DNA of 64,000 nucleotides from Senegalimassilia sp. GTDB taxonomy: Bacteria > Actinomycetota > Actinomycetes > Actinomycetales > Bifidobacteriaceae. Each line of letters starts with the position of its first letter. Position 1 is the stretch's first letter. This document shows, piece by piece, positions 22,532-33,062 of the stretch. The position numbers and the translations under genes are program-made. Below the pieces are notes generated by a model. It saw nothing but the letters and a program-made list of their open reading frames with translations. It had not been told where the DNA came from and did not search any database. The stretch is from contig CAVEXE010000005.1 in the NCBI GenBank assembly GCA_963619615.1, forward strand, positions 21,647 to 85,646, given 5' to 3'.

Positions 22532-24205
22532 TTGAACGACAATAATGCTTCGGGAATGAACGGTCAAGGCAATGCATTCCCGGAAACGGGTGATTCGACA
22601 ATGATCGTGCCGAAAATCGACATGGAATCTTTCGCCACGATCGAGGATTTCGAACAGGAGCCATCAATCGCGCTGAAGAAGAAGCGCGGTCTGGGGTGGC
22701 CATGGATCGTTCTTGTTGTGTTGGTGTTGCTCGGAGCCGCGGCCGGAGGCGGATACTGGTTCTTCCAGTCCCATGCGCTGCCCGGAGTCAAACTGTGGGG
22801 GCATTCCATGATGGGACGCACCCAGCAGCAGATCGCCGACGAGATTTCGCAGAAGGCATCCGAAATCGAAGTGCCCGTCTCCTACAATGGAACGACGAAA
22901 AAAATCACATTGCAGGATCTGGGCATCAGCGCGGACAGCGAAGCGATCGCCGAGGAAGTGTACAACGCCAAAAGGAACGACTCCTTCATCGACCGATACG
23001 CTTTCTGGAACGTCAAGGACATCACGACTGAACCGTTCGATGTGAAGGCCGTCGATGCGCAGACGGTCGGCAGCATGCTGGGAGTGCAGTCATCTTCCGC
23101 AGTCGATGCCTCGCTGAAGCTCAATGAGGACGGCACGGCTTTCGATGTCGTCGCAGGTCAGCAGGGAACCGGCATCAGCGTCGCCACCGTCGCCCAAGAA
23201 GCCGAACGCGTGCTTGAATCGCTCGGTGAAGAAGACGCGAGCACAATTGCCCTCAAGGAGGACCAGACCGACCCGGACGTCACCGACGAACAGGCGCAAC
23301 AGGCGAAAACCGTCGCCGACGCGCTGATCGCCAAGCCCATCGCCATCAACATCGGCGACCACAAAGTCGCTGAATTCAATGCTTCGGCCATCGCCTCGGC
23401 CATAACCGTCAGCGCGCAGCGTAACAATGAGAAACTTGCCGACGGACAGTTCCGCAAGGATCTGTTGGTGATCGACGGAACCAAGTTGCAGGAATACTAC
23501 GAGGCATCCATCAAGACGAACTTCCATAAGGACCGTGTGGACGGCGACGTGATCGTCAACAGCGTGGGTGACGTTCTGCAGACCAACATCGAAGGCCATG
23601 ACGGAATCACCGTGAGCAGTGGCGGCGATACGAACGTAGGCGCCGACGCGGCGAAGGCCCTTGCGCAAGGTGGAGAATCGGTGGCGATTCAGGGAACCTG
23701 CGACCAGCAGAACGAGAAGAAAACCACAAGAACGGTGGTGGTCAGCCTCTCGGGTCACACCGTTTCCGCGATTGAGAACGGACAGGTCGTTCGCGTGATG
23801 CACATGTCCGCAGGCCAGGGCAACGACTATCAGACCGGTCAGTGCCAGCCGAGCGGTGATCTGTGCACCCCGACCTATTGCGATCCGAACACGTACGACA
23901 ACTGCACGCCTGACGGTGATTTCAAGGTCTGGCTCAAATACCAGTCGCAGAACATGAGCGGCACACTGACGCTGTCCGACGGCAGTTCGGAGAATTGGGA
24001 TGTCAAGAACGTCGGGTTCGTGAACTATTTCTCCAAAACCGGTTGCGCCATCCACCGAATCGCAACGCAGAGCGCATTCAACGACTCCAGCATAGAGGCC
24101 ATGGCCAGCAACACGTCGCATGGATGCGTGGGCATCGGCTGGGATCAGGCGGAATGGTTCTACAACTGGTGTCTGATGGGAACCACCGTGCATGTGCAGG
24201 CCTGA
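22532..24205 (+). CDS. membrane-anchored L,D-transpeptidase (YkuD domain) with peptidoglycan-binding region
   Basis: TM near aa 55-77, C-terminal VVVSLS..H, TPDGDF, AIH, SHGCV catalytic motif, GTTVHV; TTG start uncertain. Confidence 0.85.
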   Translation: MNDNNASGMNGQGNAFPETGDSTMIVPKIDMESFATIEDFEQEPSIALKKKRGLGWPWIVLVVLVLLGAAAGGGYWFFQSHALPGVKLWGHSMMGRTQQQIADEISQKASEIEVPVSYNGTTKKITLQDLGISADSEAIAEEVYNAKRNDSFIDRYAFWNVKDITTEPFDVKAVDAQTVGSMLGVQSSSAVDASLKLNEDGTAFDVVAGQQGTGISVATVAQEAERVLESLGEEDASTIALKEDQTDPDVTDEQAQQAKTVADALIAKPIAINIGDHKVAEFNASAIASAITVSAQRNNEKLADGQFRKDLLVIDGTKLQEYYEASIKTNFHKDRVDGDVIVNSVGDVLQTNIEGHDGITVSSGGDTNVGADAAKALAQGGESVAIQGTCDQQNEKKTTRTVVVSLSGHTVSAIENGQVVRVMHMSAGQGNDYQTGQCQPSGDLCTPTYCDPNTYDNCTPDGDFKVWLKYQSQNMSGTLTLSDGSSENWDVKNVGFVNYFSKTGCAIHRIATQSAFNDSSIEAMASNTSHGCVGIGWDQAEWFYNWCLMGTTVHVQA

Positions 24206-24225
24206 TTGAGGCGAAAACGGCACGA

Positions 24226-24274
24226 TGCATACCAAAACGGAAGGCCACATGCTGGTCTTCCGTTTTGGTATGCA
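24226..24274 (+). terminator. long hairpin between the L,D-transpeptidase gene and sufB
   Basis: TGCATACCAAAACGGAAG ... CTTCCGTTTTGGTATGCA. Confidence 0.7.
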
Positions 24275-24382
24275 GGACGTTCAATCTGATTCATCGCCGA
24301 ATTTCGAATAATCCACTAGTAATTCGACGGTCATTCTGTTAGGTTGTCATAGGTACGAATGAGTGAATGGAGGCAGCGTAAG

Positions 24383-25879
24383 GTGTCAGAGAACCAAGCG
24401 CCCAATGCCGCGGCTGACGTGGAGATGAGCCAGTACGTGGCTGACCGCACGCGAGTGAACGAAGACAAGATCAAGCAGGACGATGAGATCATCCAGCAGT
24501 TCGGTGACTACACCTACGGCTGGCATGATACCGACTTCGCCGGGGAAGCGGCGAAGAAGGGCATCGATGAGAGCGTCGTGCGCGCCATCTCCGCCGACAA
24601 GAACGAGCCGGAATGGATGCTGGAAAAGCGGTTGGAAGGATACCGCGACTTCATCAACCGTCCGATGCCGCAATGGGGCGTCGACCTGAAGGATTTCGAC
24701 GCCGACGATTTCAAGTATTACGTGAAACCGATCGACAAGCAGGCCACCACCTGGGAGGAACTGCCTGATGAGATTCGTTCCACCTACGACAAGCTGGGCA
24801 TCCCCGAAGCGGAGAAAAGCCGCTTGGTGTCGGGCGTTGCCGCGCAGTATGAGTCCGAGGTCATCTACAACTCGATTCAGAAGGATCTCGAAGACCAGGG
24901 CGTAATCTTCGTCGATACTGACACCGCGGTACAGAAGTATCCGGAAATCGTGCAGAAGTATTTCGGAAAATGCATCCCGAGCAACGATAACAAGTTCTCC
25001 GCGCTGAACACGGCCGCATGGTCGGGCGGATCGTTCGTGTACGTGCCGAAGGGCGTGCATGTGGACATTCCGCTGCAGGCCTATTTCCGCATCAACACCC
25101 CGAACATGGGTCAGTTCGAACGCACACTCATCATCGCGGACGAAGGATCCTACGTGCATTACGTGGAAGGATGCACCGCTCCGATCTACTCCACGGATTC
25201 GTTGCATTCCGGTGTGGTCGAGATTTTCGTCGAACCGCATGCGCGAGTGCGTTACACCACCGTGCAGAACTGGTCCAACAACGTGTACAACCTGGTGACC
25301 CAGCGCGCATACGTGCGTGAGGGCGGCACCATGGAATGGGTCGATGGCAACATCGGTTCCAAGGCGACCATGAAATATCCGGCATGCATCCTCGCCGAGC
25401 CGTACGCCAAGGCGAGCACCATGTCTTTGGGCTTCGCGGGCAAGGGACAGTACCAGGACACCGGCGCGAAGATGATTCATCTTGCCCCGCACACCAGTTC
25501 CACCATCGTGGCCAAATCCATCTCCCGCGGCGGCGGACGCTCCGCATACCGCGGACTCGTCAAAATCGTGGAAGGCGCCGAAGGATCGTCGAACTCCACC
25601 GTATGCGACGCGCTGCTGGTCGACGAATTCAGCCGCTCCGACACGTACCCGCATGTGGATGTTCGCGAGGATGACGTGTCCATGGCCCACGAAGCCACCG
25701 TTTCGAAGGTGTCGGAAGACCAGCTGTTCTATCTGATGAGCCGCGGTCTTTCAGAAGACGAGGCCATGGGCATGATCGTGCGGGGATTTGTGGAGCCGAT
25801 CAGCCGTGAGCTGCCGATGGAATACGCGCTCGAACTGAATCGTTTGGTTGAATTGCAGATGGAAGGATCGGTGGGCTGA
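24383..25879 (+). CDS. sufB: Fe-S cluster assembly protein SufB
   Basis: [47 protein letters not shown] start after GGAGG. Confidence 0.96.
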   Translation: MSENQAPNAAADVEMSQYVADRTRVNEDKIKQDDEIIQQFGDYTYGWHDTDFAGEAAKKGIDESVVRAISADKNEPEWMLEKRLEGYRDFINRPMPQWGVDLKDFDADDFKYYVKPIDKQATTWEELPDEIRSTYDKLGIPEAEKSRLVSGVAAQYESEVIYNSIQKDLEDQGVIFVDTDTAVQKYPEIVQKYFGKCIPSNDNKFSALNTAAWSGGSFVYVPKGVHVDIPLQAYFRINTPNMGQFERTLIIADEGSYVHYVEGCTAPIYSTDSLHSGVVEIFVEPHARVRYTTVQNWSNNVYNLVTQRAYVREGGTMEWVDGNIGSKATMKYPACILAEPYAKASTMSLGFAGKGQYQDTGAKMIHLAPHTSSTIVAKSISRGGGRSAYRGLVKIVEGAEGSSNSTVCDALLVDEFSRSDTYPHVDVREDDVSMAHEATVSKVSEDQLFYLMSRGLSEDEAMGMIVRGFVEPISRELPMEYALELNRLVELQMEGSVG

Positions 25880-25884
25880 TCACC

Positions 25885-27105
25885 ATGGCACAGACTCAGG
25901 AAATCAATATTCCGGTTGCGGACCCCAACGATCCGTATGCGAATCCCGCGGCGATGCCGTCATCGGCAGATCGCGCGCCGCGCTCATTCGATGTGGCGGC
26001 GTTCGCCAGGCCGGATCGCACGCAGGAGGACTGGCGTTACACCCCGGTGGAGCGCATAGAGGAATTCTTCGACGTGTTCGAGCCGTCCCTCGAAACCGAG
26101 ATTAATGTCTTGATGATCGACGGTTCCGATTTGGCGGAAGGCGTCACCTATAGCGAATGCAAGCCGGCGGATCCCGGTACCGGCGTCGTGTCCAAGCCGA
26201 GCGACCGCGTGTCCGCCGTCGCGTGGAACTCTTCGAAGCGTGCCGGCGTGCTTACCATCGAAGGTGAGATCGAACAGCCGATATTGGTCAAGGTGCACGG
26301 CAACGGCATGGACCTTGACGCGTTCCACCTGGTGATCAACGCGGCGGATCGCGCCCATGCGGATGTGGTAGTCGAGCATGACGGAGACGCGCGGGTCGCC
26401 GAAGGCGTGGAGATCATCACGGGCAAGGATTCCCATGTGTCCACCACCTTCATCCAAGAATGGGGCAAGGGCTCCAAGCACGTTGGAAACCAGCGTATCC
26501 ACCTCGGCGAGGGTGCATCCCTGCGCCATTCCGTCGTGACCCTTGGCGGAGACGTAGTCCGCATTCGTATGGATCAGGATTTCGGTGGGGATCGTGGCGA
26601 TCTCAACATGCTGGGCATCTACTTCGTGGATCCGGGGGAGCATATCGAGCACCGCACCATGATCGTCCACAACCATCCGGAATGCAAAAGCCGTGTGGTC
26701 TACAAGGGTGCGCTCGACGGCAAGGGCGCCCATTCCACATGGGTCGGCAACGCGTTGATCGCTCCGAGCGCGCCGGGCACCGATTCCTATGAGCTCAATC
26801 GCAACCTCGTGCTCACGCCGGGGGCGATCGCGGATTCCGAGCCGAATCTCGAAATCGAAAACGGCAATATCGTCGGAGCGGGCCATGCGTCGTCCGTCGG
26901 CCGTTTCGACGACGAGGAGCTGTTCTACCTGCAGTCGCGTGGAATTTCGCAGACCGAAGCACGCAAGCTTGTGGTCCGCGGATTCTTCGGCGAACTGGTC
27001 GAAGAGATTGGAATCCCGGCGATTTCCGAACACCTCATGAACGTCATCGATAAGCGTCTGACCCGCGGTGAGGCCGAATCCGCCGCACAAGCCGAGAACG
27101 AGTAA
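25885..27105 (+). CDS. sufD: Fe-S cluster assembly protein SufD
   Basis: EDWRYTP, YKGAL, DSEPNLEI, AGHASSVG, LFYLQSRGI. Confidence 0.94.
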   Translation: MAQTQEINIPVADPNDPYANPAAMPSSADRAPRSFDVAAFARPDRTQEDWRYTPVERIEEFFDVFEPSLETEINVLMIDGSDLAEGVTYSECKPADPGTGVVSKPSDRVSAVAWNSSKRAGVLTIEGEIEQPILVKVHGNGMDLDAFHLVINAADRAHADVVVEHDGDARVAEGVEIITGKDSHVSTTFIQEWGKGSKHVGNQRIHLGEGASLRHSVVTLGGDVVRIRMDQDFGGDRGDLNMLGIYFVDPGEHIEHRTMIVHNHPECKSRVVYKGALDGKGAHSTWVGNALIAPSAPGTDSYELNRNLVLTPGAIADSEPNLEIENGNIVGAGHASSVGRFDDEELFYLQSRGISQTEARKLVVRGFFGELVEEIGIPAISEHLMNVIDKRLTRGEAESAAQAENE

Positions 27106-27125
27106 TAAACCGGTAGGAGCAAACC

Positions 27126-27905
27126 ATGTCAACACTTGAAATCAAAGATCTTTACGCGCACGTCGAGACCAAGGACGGCGTCAAGCCGATCCTCAAAGGT
27201 GTGAACCTGACGGTCAACTCGGGTGAGACCCATGCGATCATGGGTCCGAACGGTTCCGGAAAGTCCACGTTGGCCTACACGCTGGCAGGTCATCCGAAGT
27301 ACATCGTCGACTCCGGACAGGTGCTGCTCGACGGTGAGGACGTGCTCAAAATGACCCCGGACGAGCGTGCCAAGGCCGGACTGTTCCTTGCCATGCAGTA
27401 TCCGGTCGAGGTGCCGGGCGTGTCCATGACCAACTTCCTGCGTACCGCAAAGACCGAAGTGGATGGCAAGGCACCGGCCATCCGCACCTGGACCAAAGAA
27501 TTGACCGAGGCGATGAAGCGTCTCAAGATGGATCCGAAGTTCGCCACCCGTTCCGTGAACGAAGGCTTCTCCGGCGGTGAGAAGAAGCGTGCCGAAGTAC
27601 TCCAGCTTGAACTGCTTAAGCCGAAGTTCGCCATTCTTGACGAGACCGATTCGGGACTCGACGTCGACGCGTTGCGCATCGTTTCCGAAGGTGTGAACCG
27701 CGCCAAGGAAGCCAACCAGTTCGGCATTCTCATGGTCACGCACTACACGCGCATCCTCAAGTACATCAAGCCGGACATCGTGCATGTGTTCGCGGGCGGC
27801 CACTTCGTCAAGACCGGAGGCCCGGAGCTGGCCGACGAGCTTGAAGAGTTCGGTTATGATGCCTATCTGCCCGAAGGAGCCGATTCCGAAAGCGCGTTGG
27901 CATGA
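27126..27905 (+). CDS. sufC: Fe-S cluster assembly ATPase SufC
   Basis: MGPNGSGKST, FLAMQYPVE, NEGFSGGEKKR, LDETDSGLD. Confidence 0.96.
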   Translation: MSTLEIKDLYAHVETKDGVKPILKGVNLTVNSGETHAIMGPNGSGKSTLAYTLAGHPKYIVDSGQVLLDGEDVLKMTPDERAKAGLFLAMQYPVEVPGVSMTNFLRTAKTEVDGKAPAIRTWTKELTEAMKRLKMDPKFATRSVNEGFSGGEKKRAEVLQLELLKPKFAILDETDSGLDVDALRIVSEGVNRAKEANQFGILMVTHYTRILKYIKPDIVHVFAGGHFVKTGGPELADELEEFGYDAYLPEGADSESALA

Positions 27906-29176
27906 TCGATTTTGAAAAGATCCGTTCCGAATTCCCGATTCTCGACCAGCAGATACATGGGCATCCGCTCGTATATCTGGACTCCGCCGCAACCTCCCAA
28001 AAACCCCGGTGCGTGATTGACTCCGAAGCCGACTTCTACCGTACGATCAACGCCGGCGTTCACCGCGGCGCGCATGAGCTCGCCGCGCGTAGCACCATGG
28101 CGTTCGAACAGGCACGCGCGTCGGTGGCGAAACTGGTAGGCGCGAACGCCGGTGAAGGCGAGGAGGAACTTGTCGTGACCTCCGGCGCGACGGCCGGACT
28201 GAACCTGTTGGCCACGGCTTTCGGCAATGCATCGCTCGGACGCGGGGGAGAGGCCGCCAAACGCTTCTCGCTGCACCCGGGCGATGAAATAGTCGTGTCG
28301 AAGGCGGAACACCACTCCGTGCTGCTGCCGTTCCAAGAGCTTGCGGCGCGAACGGGGGCCACGCTCACATGGTTCGATCTGGACGAGGACGGCCGCGTGC
28401 GTACCGACCTCGCCGAAGAGGTGATCACCGAACGTACGAAGATCGTAGCTGTGACCCATGTGGGAAACACGACCGGAGCCATCACCGACATCGCGCCGAT
28501 CGTGCGTCGCGCGCATGAGGTGGGTGCCGTGTTCGTGCTCGACGCATGCCAGTCGGTTCCGCATCTGAGCGTCGATTTCCATGCCATGGATGTTGACTTC
28601 GCCGCCTTCAGCGCGCACAAGATGTATGGTCCGACCGGCGTCGGATTCCTGTATGGCAAGCGCGAACTGTTGGAAGCCCTTCCTCCCGCGAATTTCGGAG
28701 GATCGATGGTCGAACTTGCCTGGATGGACCAGGAAGCGCAATATATGGCTCCTCCCGCACGTTTCGAGGCGGGAACGCAGCCGGTCGCACAGGTCGTCGC
28801 GGCGGGAGTCGCTGCGCAATGGCTGATGGACATCGGTATGGTCAATCTCGAATCGCATGAAAAGGCCATCACCGAAGAACTGCTGAAGATGGGCGAGATC
28901 GAAGGCATCCGCATCCTCGGTCCAACGTCGGCGCACGACCGCATCGGTACGGTCGCGTTCGACGTCGAAGGGGTGCACCCGCATGACGTCGGCCAGTTCA
29001 TCGATGCGCAGGGCATCGCCATCCGCGTGGGTCACCACTGCGCGCAGCTGGTGCACCGTCATTTCGGAGTGTACGCGTCCAACCGTGCGTCCAGTGGCAT
29101 ATACAACAGCGTCGAGGACGTTCAGGCGCTGCTTGCGGCGCTCCGTAAGGTCCGTTCGTTCTTTGGAGTTGAGTGA
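27902..29176 (+). CDS. sufS: cysteine desulfurase SufS
   Basis: YLDSAATSQKP, EHHS, FSAHKMYGP, RVGHHCA. Confidence 0.95.
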   Translation: MIDFEKIRSEFPILDQQIHGHPLVYLDSAATSQKPRCVIDSEADFYRTINAGVHRGAHELAARSTMAFEQARASVAKLVGANAGEGEEELVVTSGATAGLNLLATAFGNASLGRGGEAAKRFSLHPGDEIVVSKAEHHSVLLPFQELAARTGATLTWFDLDEDGRVRTDLAEEVITERTKIVAVTHVGNTTGAITDIAPIVRRAHEVGAVFVLDACQSVPHLSVDFHAMDVDFAAFSAHKMYGPTGVGFLYGKRELLEALPPANFGGSMVELAWMDQEAQYMAPPARFEAGTQPVAQVVAAGVAAQWLMDIGMVNLESHEKAITEELLKMGEIEGIRILGPTSAHDRIGTVAFDVEGVHPHDVGQFIDAQGIAIRVGHHCAQLVHRHFGVYASNRASSGIYNSVEDVQALLAALRKVRSFFGVE

Positions 29177-29733
29177 CCGATATGAATGATTTTGCAATGT
29201 CCGGAACCGACCTGGAACAGATGTATCAGGAGGTTATTCTCGAAGCTTCGAAGAATCCTCATGGCAAGGAGCGTTTCGCTCCCGACTTGGCGCGGGAAGA
29301 CGCGTCGGGAAACGCAACGACCACGCTGAGGGCGTCTCACGAATACTGCACTCCCGGTGAATCGCATCAGTTCAATCCGACCTGCGGCGATGAGGCCACC
29401 GTGCATGTGGAGGTCTCCGACAGTGAACCGCACGTCATCGAACGGCTGGTGTGGGACGGCCACGGTTGTTCCATCTCACAGGCCAGCCTGTCCGTCATGG
29501 TCGATCTTGTCGAAGGGAAAAGCGTCGACGAGGCCATGGAGCTTGCCTCAACGTTCCATAGACTCATGGAATCCAGGGGCAAAGGTCTTGACGACGAGCA
29601 GGCCGAGGAATCGTTGGAGGACGGCATCGTCTTCCAAGGGGTGTCCAAGTATCCGATGCGCATCAAATGCGCGCTGCTCGGATGGGAAGGCATGAAGGAT
29701 TCCGTGGCCAAGGCATTGGCCGCGAAACGCTAG
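29173..29733 (+). CDS. sufU: SUF system NifU-family scaffold/sulfur transfer protein
   Basis: YQEVIL, NPTCGD, GCSISQAS, RIKCALL; start may be GTG 29173 or ATG 29182. Confidence 0.93.
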   Translation: MTDMNDFAMSGTDLEQMYQEVILEASKNPHGKERFAPDLAREDASGNATTTLRASHEYCTPGESHQFNPTCGDEATVHVEVSDSEPHVIERLVWDGHGCSISQASLSVMVDLVEGKSVDEAMELASTFHRLMESRGKGLDDEQAEESLEDGIVFQGVSKYPMRIKCALLGWEGMKDSVAKALAAKR

Positions 29734-29815
29734 ACGATCCCTATGCCGCATGATATGCGGTATAGGACACGCGCTAATCTACACAACAAAACACGCAAGC
29801 GTATATGGAGCGACA

Positions 29816-30400
29816 ATGAGCGATAATCTGGTACCTGAACCGCAGGCTTCGGTGTTCGATTCCGTGGCCAAGGCATTGGGCAATGACGAGAACGCGGCGC
29901 GGCGCGTGATGCTCAACCCCAATCTGGCCAAAGGATTCAAGGACGGCAAACCAGTGGAGATCGAACACAAGGAAACCGAAGTCGATGGCTGTGGTTGCGG
30001 AAATCATGGGTCCTGCGGCTGCGAGGACACGCAGGACGACGGCATCGCTTTGAAGGCCGTTGACGAGATCGGTCGCGCCACTGCGGCCGATGTGAAGGAA
30101 GCGTTGCATCAGGTCATCGACCCGGAGCTCGGTATCGACGTCATCGATCTGGGTTTGGTATACGGCATCGAGATCGACGAACTGGGTCGTGCCATCATTA
30201 CCATGACCTTGACTACGCCGGCATGCCCGTTGACCGATCTGATCGAAGACGAATGCGCCAGTACTCTGGCCGGTCTCGTTGAGGAATTCCGCATCGATTG
30301 GACTTGGCAGCCGCGCTGGACCATGGAGAAGATCACTCCGGAAGGCCGCGAGCAGTTGGCCGCTCTTGGATTCAACTTCGATAATCTGCCGAAATACTAG
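29816..30400 (+). CDS. sufT: metal-sulfur cluster assembly factor (DUF59/SufT)
   Basis: VIDPELGIDVIDLGLVY, MTLTTPACP, W.PRW; Cys-rich N-terminal extension; ATG after GGAG. Confidence 0.88.
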   Translation: MSDNLVPEPQASVFDSVAKALGNDENAARRVMLNPNLAKGFKDGKPVEIEHKETEVDGCGCGNHGSCGCEDTQDDGIALKAVDEIGRATAADVKEALHQVIDPELGIDVIDLGLVYGIEIDELGRAIITMTLTTPACPLTDLIEDECASTLAGLVEEFRIDWTWQPRWTMEKITPEGREQLAALGFNFDNLPKY

Positions 30401-30469
30401 ATCTCGTAGCGTCATCTCGAAGCGTTGTATTGTGTGATACTTCGAAATGACCGATAATTCGGCGACAAA

Positions 30470-30505
30470 AAAGCCGTGCTTCCGTTCGATTGGGAGCACG
30501 GCTTT
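30470..30505. terminator. bidirectional terminator between the suf operon and glgC
   Basis: AAAGCCGTGCTTCC ... GGGAGCACGGCTTT. Confidence 0.75.
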
Positions 30506-30525
30506 GTTCTGTGTGCGGCAGAACG

Positions 30526-31770
30526 TCAGTCGTCGACGACGGTGCCCTTCGGCACAACGGTGATACCTTCAGGCGTGACGGTGAAGCCACGTGCCAGATC
30601 ATGCTCGGTATCAATGCCGACGGTGGAATTCTCGGTCAGCACGACGTTCTTATCAAGGATTGCCTTGTAGACGCGTGCTCGGCGGTTGATGGTCACGTTG
30701 TCGAACAGGATGGAGTCGACCACCTGCGACCACGAATGGATGCGCACGTTCGGGGAGAGCACGGAATGGTGCACTTCGCCGCCCGACACGATGACGCCCG
30801 GAGAGACGATCGAGTCGGTGGCATGTCCGAGGCGGTCGCGTCCGGCATGAACGAACTTCGCCGGCGGCAGGTTGCCGGACAGCGTATAGATCGGCCATTC
30901 GGTGTTGTACAGGTTGAATTCCGGCACATAGGAAATCAGATCCATGTGCGCATCATAGAACTGCTTCAGAGTACCCACGTCACGCCAGTAGGCATGATCG
31001 GTCGGAGTGGCTCCAGGAATCTCGTTGGAGTTGAAGTCGTAGACGCCGGCTTCGTTTCGTGCCGCGAAGTACGGTGCGATGTCGCCACCCATGTCGTGCT
31101 TGGTGTCTTCGGCCTTCTCATCGAGTGCCAACGCCTCGAACAGGGCGTCCGTGTTGGCCACGTAATTGCCCATGGATGCCAGAATGGAGTTCGGATCATC
31201 CGGCAGTCCGGTGGTGGTCTGCGGCTTCTCCTGGAAGCTCTTGATCATGGTCGGATGGTCCGGATCGACCTCGATCACGCCGAACTGGTTCGACTGGCTG
31301 ATGGGCTGGCGGATACCGGCGACCGTAAACTCGGCTCCGGATTCGATGTGCTGCTGAACCATCTGCTGGAAGTCCATGCGATACACATGATCGGCGCCGA
31401 CGATCACGACGATGTCGGGTTGAACGTCCTCGATGATGTTGATGGTCTGGTAGATTGCGTCAGCGGAGCCCAGATACCAATGCTTGCCAAGACGCTGCTG
31501 CGCAGGAACAGGGGAGACGTAGTTGCCCAGAAGCGGCGAGAAACGCCATACGGTGGAAATATGGCGGTCAAGCGAATGGGACTTGTACTGGGTGAGCACA
31601 ACGGTCTGCATATAGCCGGAATTGACCAGATTGCTCAACGGGAAATCAATAAGACGGAACACGCCTCCGAACGGGACGGCCGGCTTGGCCCTGTCCCTGG
31701 TCAAAGGCATTAGTCGTGTACCTTCACCGCCAGCAAGTACGATGGAAAGAATTTTTGGATTCTTCGCCAT
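30526..31770 (-). CDS. glgC: glucose-1-phosphate adenylyltransferase
   Basis: [46 protein letters not shown]. Confidence 0.97.
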   Translation of the reverse strand: MAKNPKILSIVLAGGEGTRLMPLTRDRAKPAVPFGGVFRLIDFPLSNLVNSGYMQTVVLTQYKSHSLDRHISTVWRFSPLLGNYVSPVPAQQRLGKHWYLGSADAIYQTINIIEDVQPDIVVIVGADHVYRMDFQQMVQQHIESGAEFTVAGIRQPISQSNQFGVIEVDPDHPTMIKSFQEKPQTTTGLPDDPNSILASMGNYVANTDALFEALALDEKAEDTKHDMGGDIAPYFAARNEAGVYDFNSNEIPGATPTDHAYWRDVGTLKQFYDAHMDLISYVPEFNLYNTEWPIYTLSGNLPPAKFVHAGRDRLGHATDSIVSPGVIVSGGEVHHSVLSPNVRIHSWSQVVDSILFDNVTINRRARVYKAILDKNVVLTENSTVGIDTEHDLARGFTVTPEGITVVPKGTVVDD

Positions 31771-31914
31771 GAGAACTCCTCTCCTAGAGCGTCATTTCGA
31801 CACCGCACACATTCGGTCTGCTTCCTCGCAAACCGCTTACGCACTCAATAATTGCATATTTTGCGAAACACGCAAGGAGATTGCCCCGCGAGTCTTGAGT
31901 TTTTTCAAGACTTT

Positions 31915-32781
31915 TCAGTGGACCGCGGTTGAATAGAACGCCACGGCGCTCGACGCAGCCACGTTGAGGCTGTCGACGCCATGGCTCATGGGAATCTTCA
32001 CGGTAAGGTCGGCGCGCGAGATGGTGTGGTGAGACAATCCGTCGCCTTCGGTGCCGAAAATCAGTGCGAGTCTGCTGATGTGATCGCTCTGCTCGGGACT
32101 GTTGTTCAGCCGTCGCACCAGTTCATCCAAGGAAATCGAGTCGTCCTGCAGAGCCATGGCCACGGTCGTGAATCCAAGATCATGGAGTTCGTCCATGCCT
32201 TTGAACGGCCAATAGTGTTTGTCGTCGCCGCCGATGCGCGTCCAAGGAATCTGGAAGACGGTTCCCATTGACACGCGTGCGGCGCGACGGTACAGCGGAT
32301 CGCCGCATGACGGGGTCACCAGAACCGCATCCACGTCCAGCGCGGCCGCGGAACGCATCAACGCGCCGACATTCGTATGGTCGACGATGTTCTCCATGAC
32401 CGCGATGCGTCGGGCCCCGCGACATACTTCCTCGACGCTGGGCAGAGGCCAGCGCTTCATCGCGGACAGCGCTCCACGGTGGAGTCTGTAGCCGGTCAAC
32501 GACTTCAGTTGTTCGGGGGAAGCCACGTATACGGGAACGTCTATGCCCCAGTGCTCGTCAATAAATGAGAACGTTTCGCCCATGCCGTCGATCCAAGGTT
32601 CTTCCACGAGGAGTGAGATGGGCTCGCGTCCGGCGGCAAGGGCCCGGTCTATGACTTTGGGTGATTCCGCGATGAACAGCCCTTTGCTCGGCTCCAACTT
32701 GTTGCGCAGTTGAATCTCCGTGAGATTCGTATACGCGTATACGCGTTCGTCGTCGATGGAATCAAGATGGATGAAACGCAT
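31915..32781 (-). CDS. TrmH/SpoU family RNA methyltransferase
   Basis: [42 protein letters not shown]. Confidence 0.92.
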   Translation of the reverse strand: MRFIHLDSIDDERVYAYTNLTEIQLRNKLEPSKGLFIAESPKVIDRALAAGREPISLLVEEPWIDGMGETFSFIDEHWGIDVPVYVASPEQLKSLTGYRLHRGALSAMKRWPLPSVEEVCRGARRIAVMENIVDHTNVGALMRSAAALDVDAVLVTPSCGDPLYRRAARVSMGTVFQIPWTRIGGDDKHYWPFKGMDELHDLGFTTVAMALQDDSISLDELVRRLNNSPEQSDHISRLALIFGTEGDGLSHHTISRADLTVKIPMSHGVDSLNVAASSAVAFYSTAVH

Positions 32782-32823
32782 GATCTGTCTTTCACTGTGG
32801 AGCCATATGCATGGAGATACAAG

Positions 32824-32851
32824 AAAACCCCTTGTTTCCAAGGGGTTTTTT
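32824..32851 (-). terminator. terminator downstream of tRNA-Leu
   Basis: AAAACCCCTTG-TTTC-CAAGGGGTTTT. Confidence 0.75.
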
Positions 32852-32855
32852 CCAG

Positions 32856-32942
32856 TGTCCGGAGCGGGACTTGAACCCGCACGCCTGTATAAATAGGCAC
32901 TAGCACCTCAAGCTAGCGCGTCTACCATTCCGCCACCCGGAC
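32856..32942 (-). tRNA. tRNA-Leu (anticodon GAG)
   Basis: Minus strand GTCCGGGTGGCGGAATGGTAGACGCGCTAGCTTGAGGTGCTAGTGCCTATTTATACAGGCGTGCGGGTTCAAGTCCCGCTCCGGACA: D arm, GAG anticodon, long variable arm, GTTCAA T loop; CCA not encoded. Confidence 0.95.
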
Positions 32943-33062
32943 AGGTGACGTTGCTCAGCGGCAACAGAAGAAAACTATACCAGCTTGTCTCCACGATGCA
33001 AATCTCGGCGTGTCGCGCATGATTCCGCCATTGATGTGCGGGTGATGATAGGCTCGGAAGCT

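Noticed and set aside
32824..32990. tRNA-Leu as an integration site
   Set aside because: Flanked by ordinary genes, with no integrase and no duplicated tRNA 3' end seen in the window.
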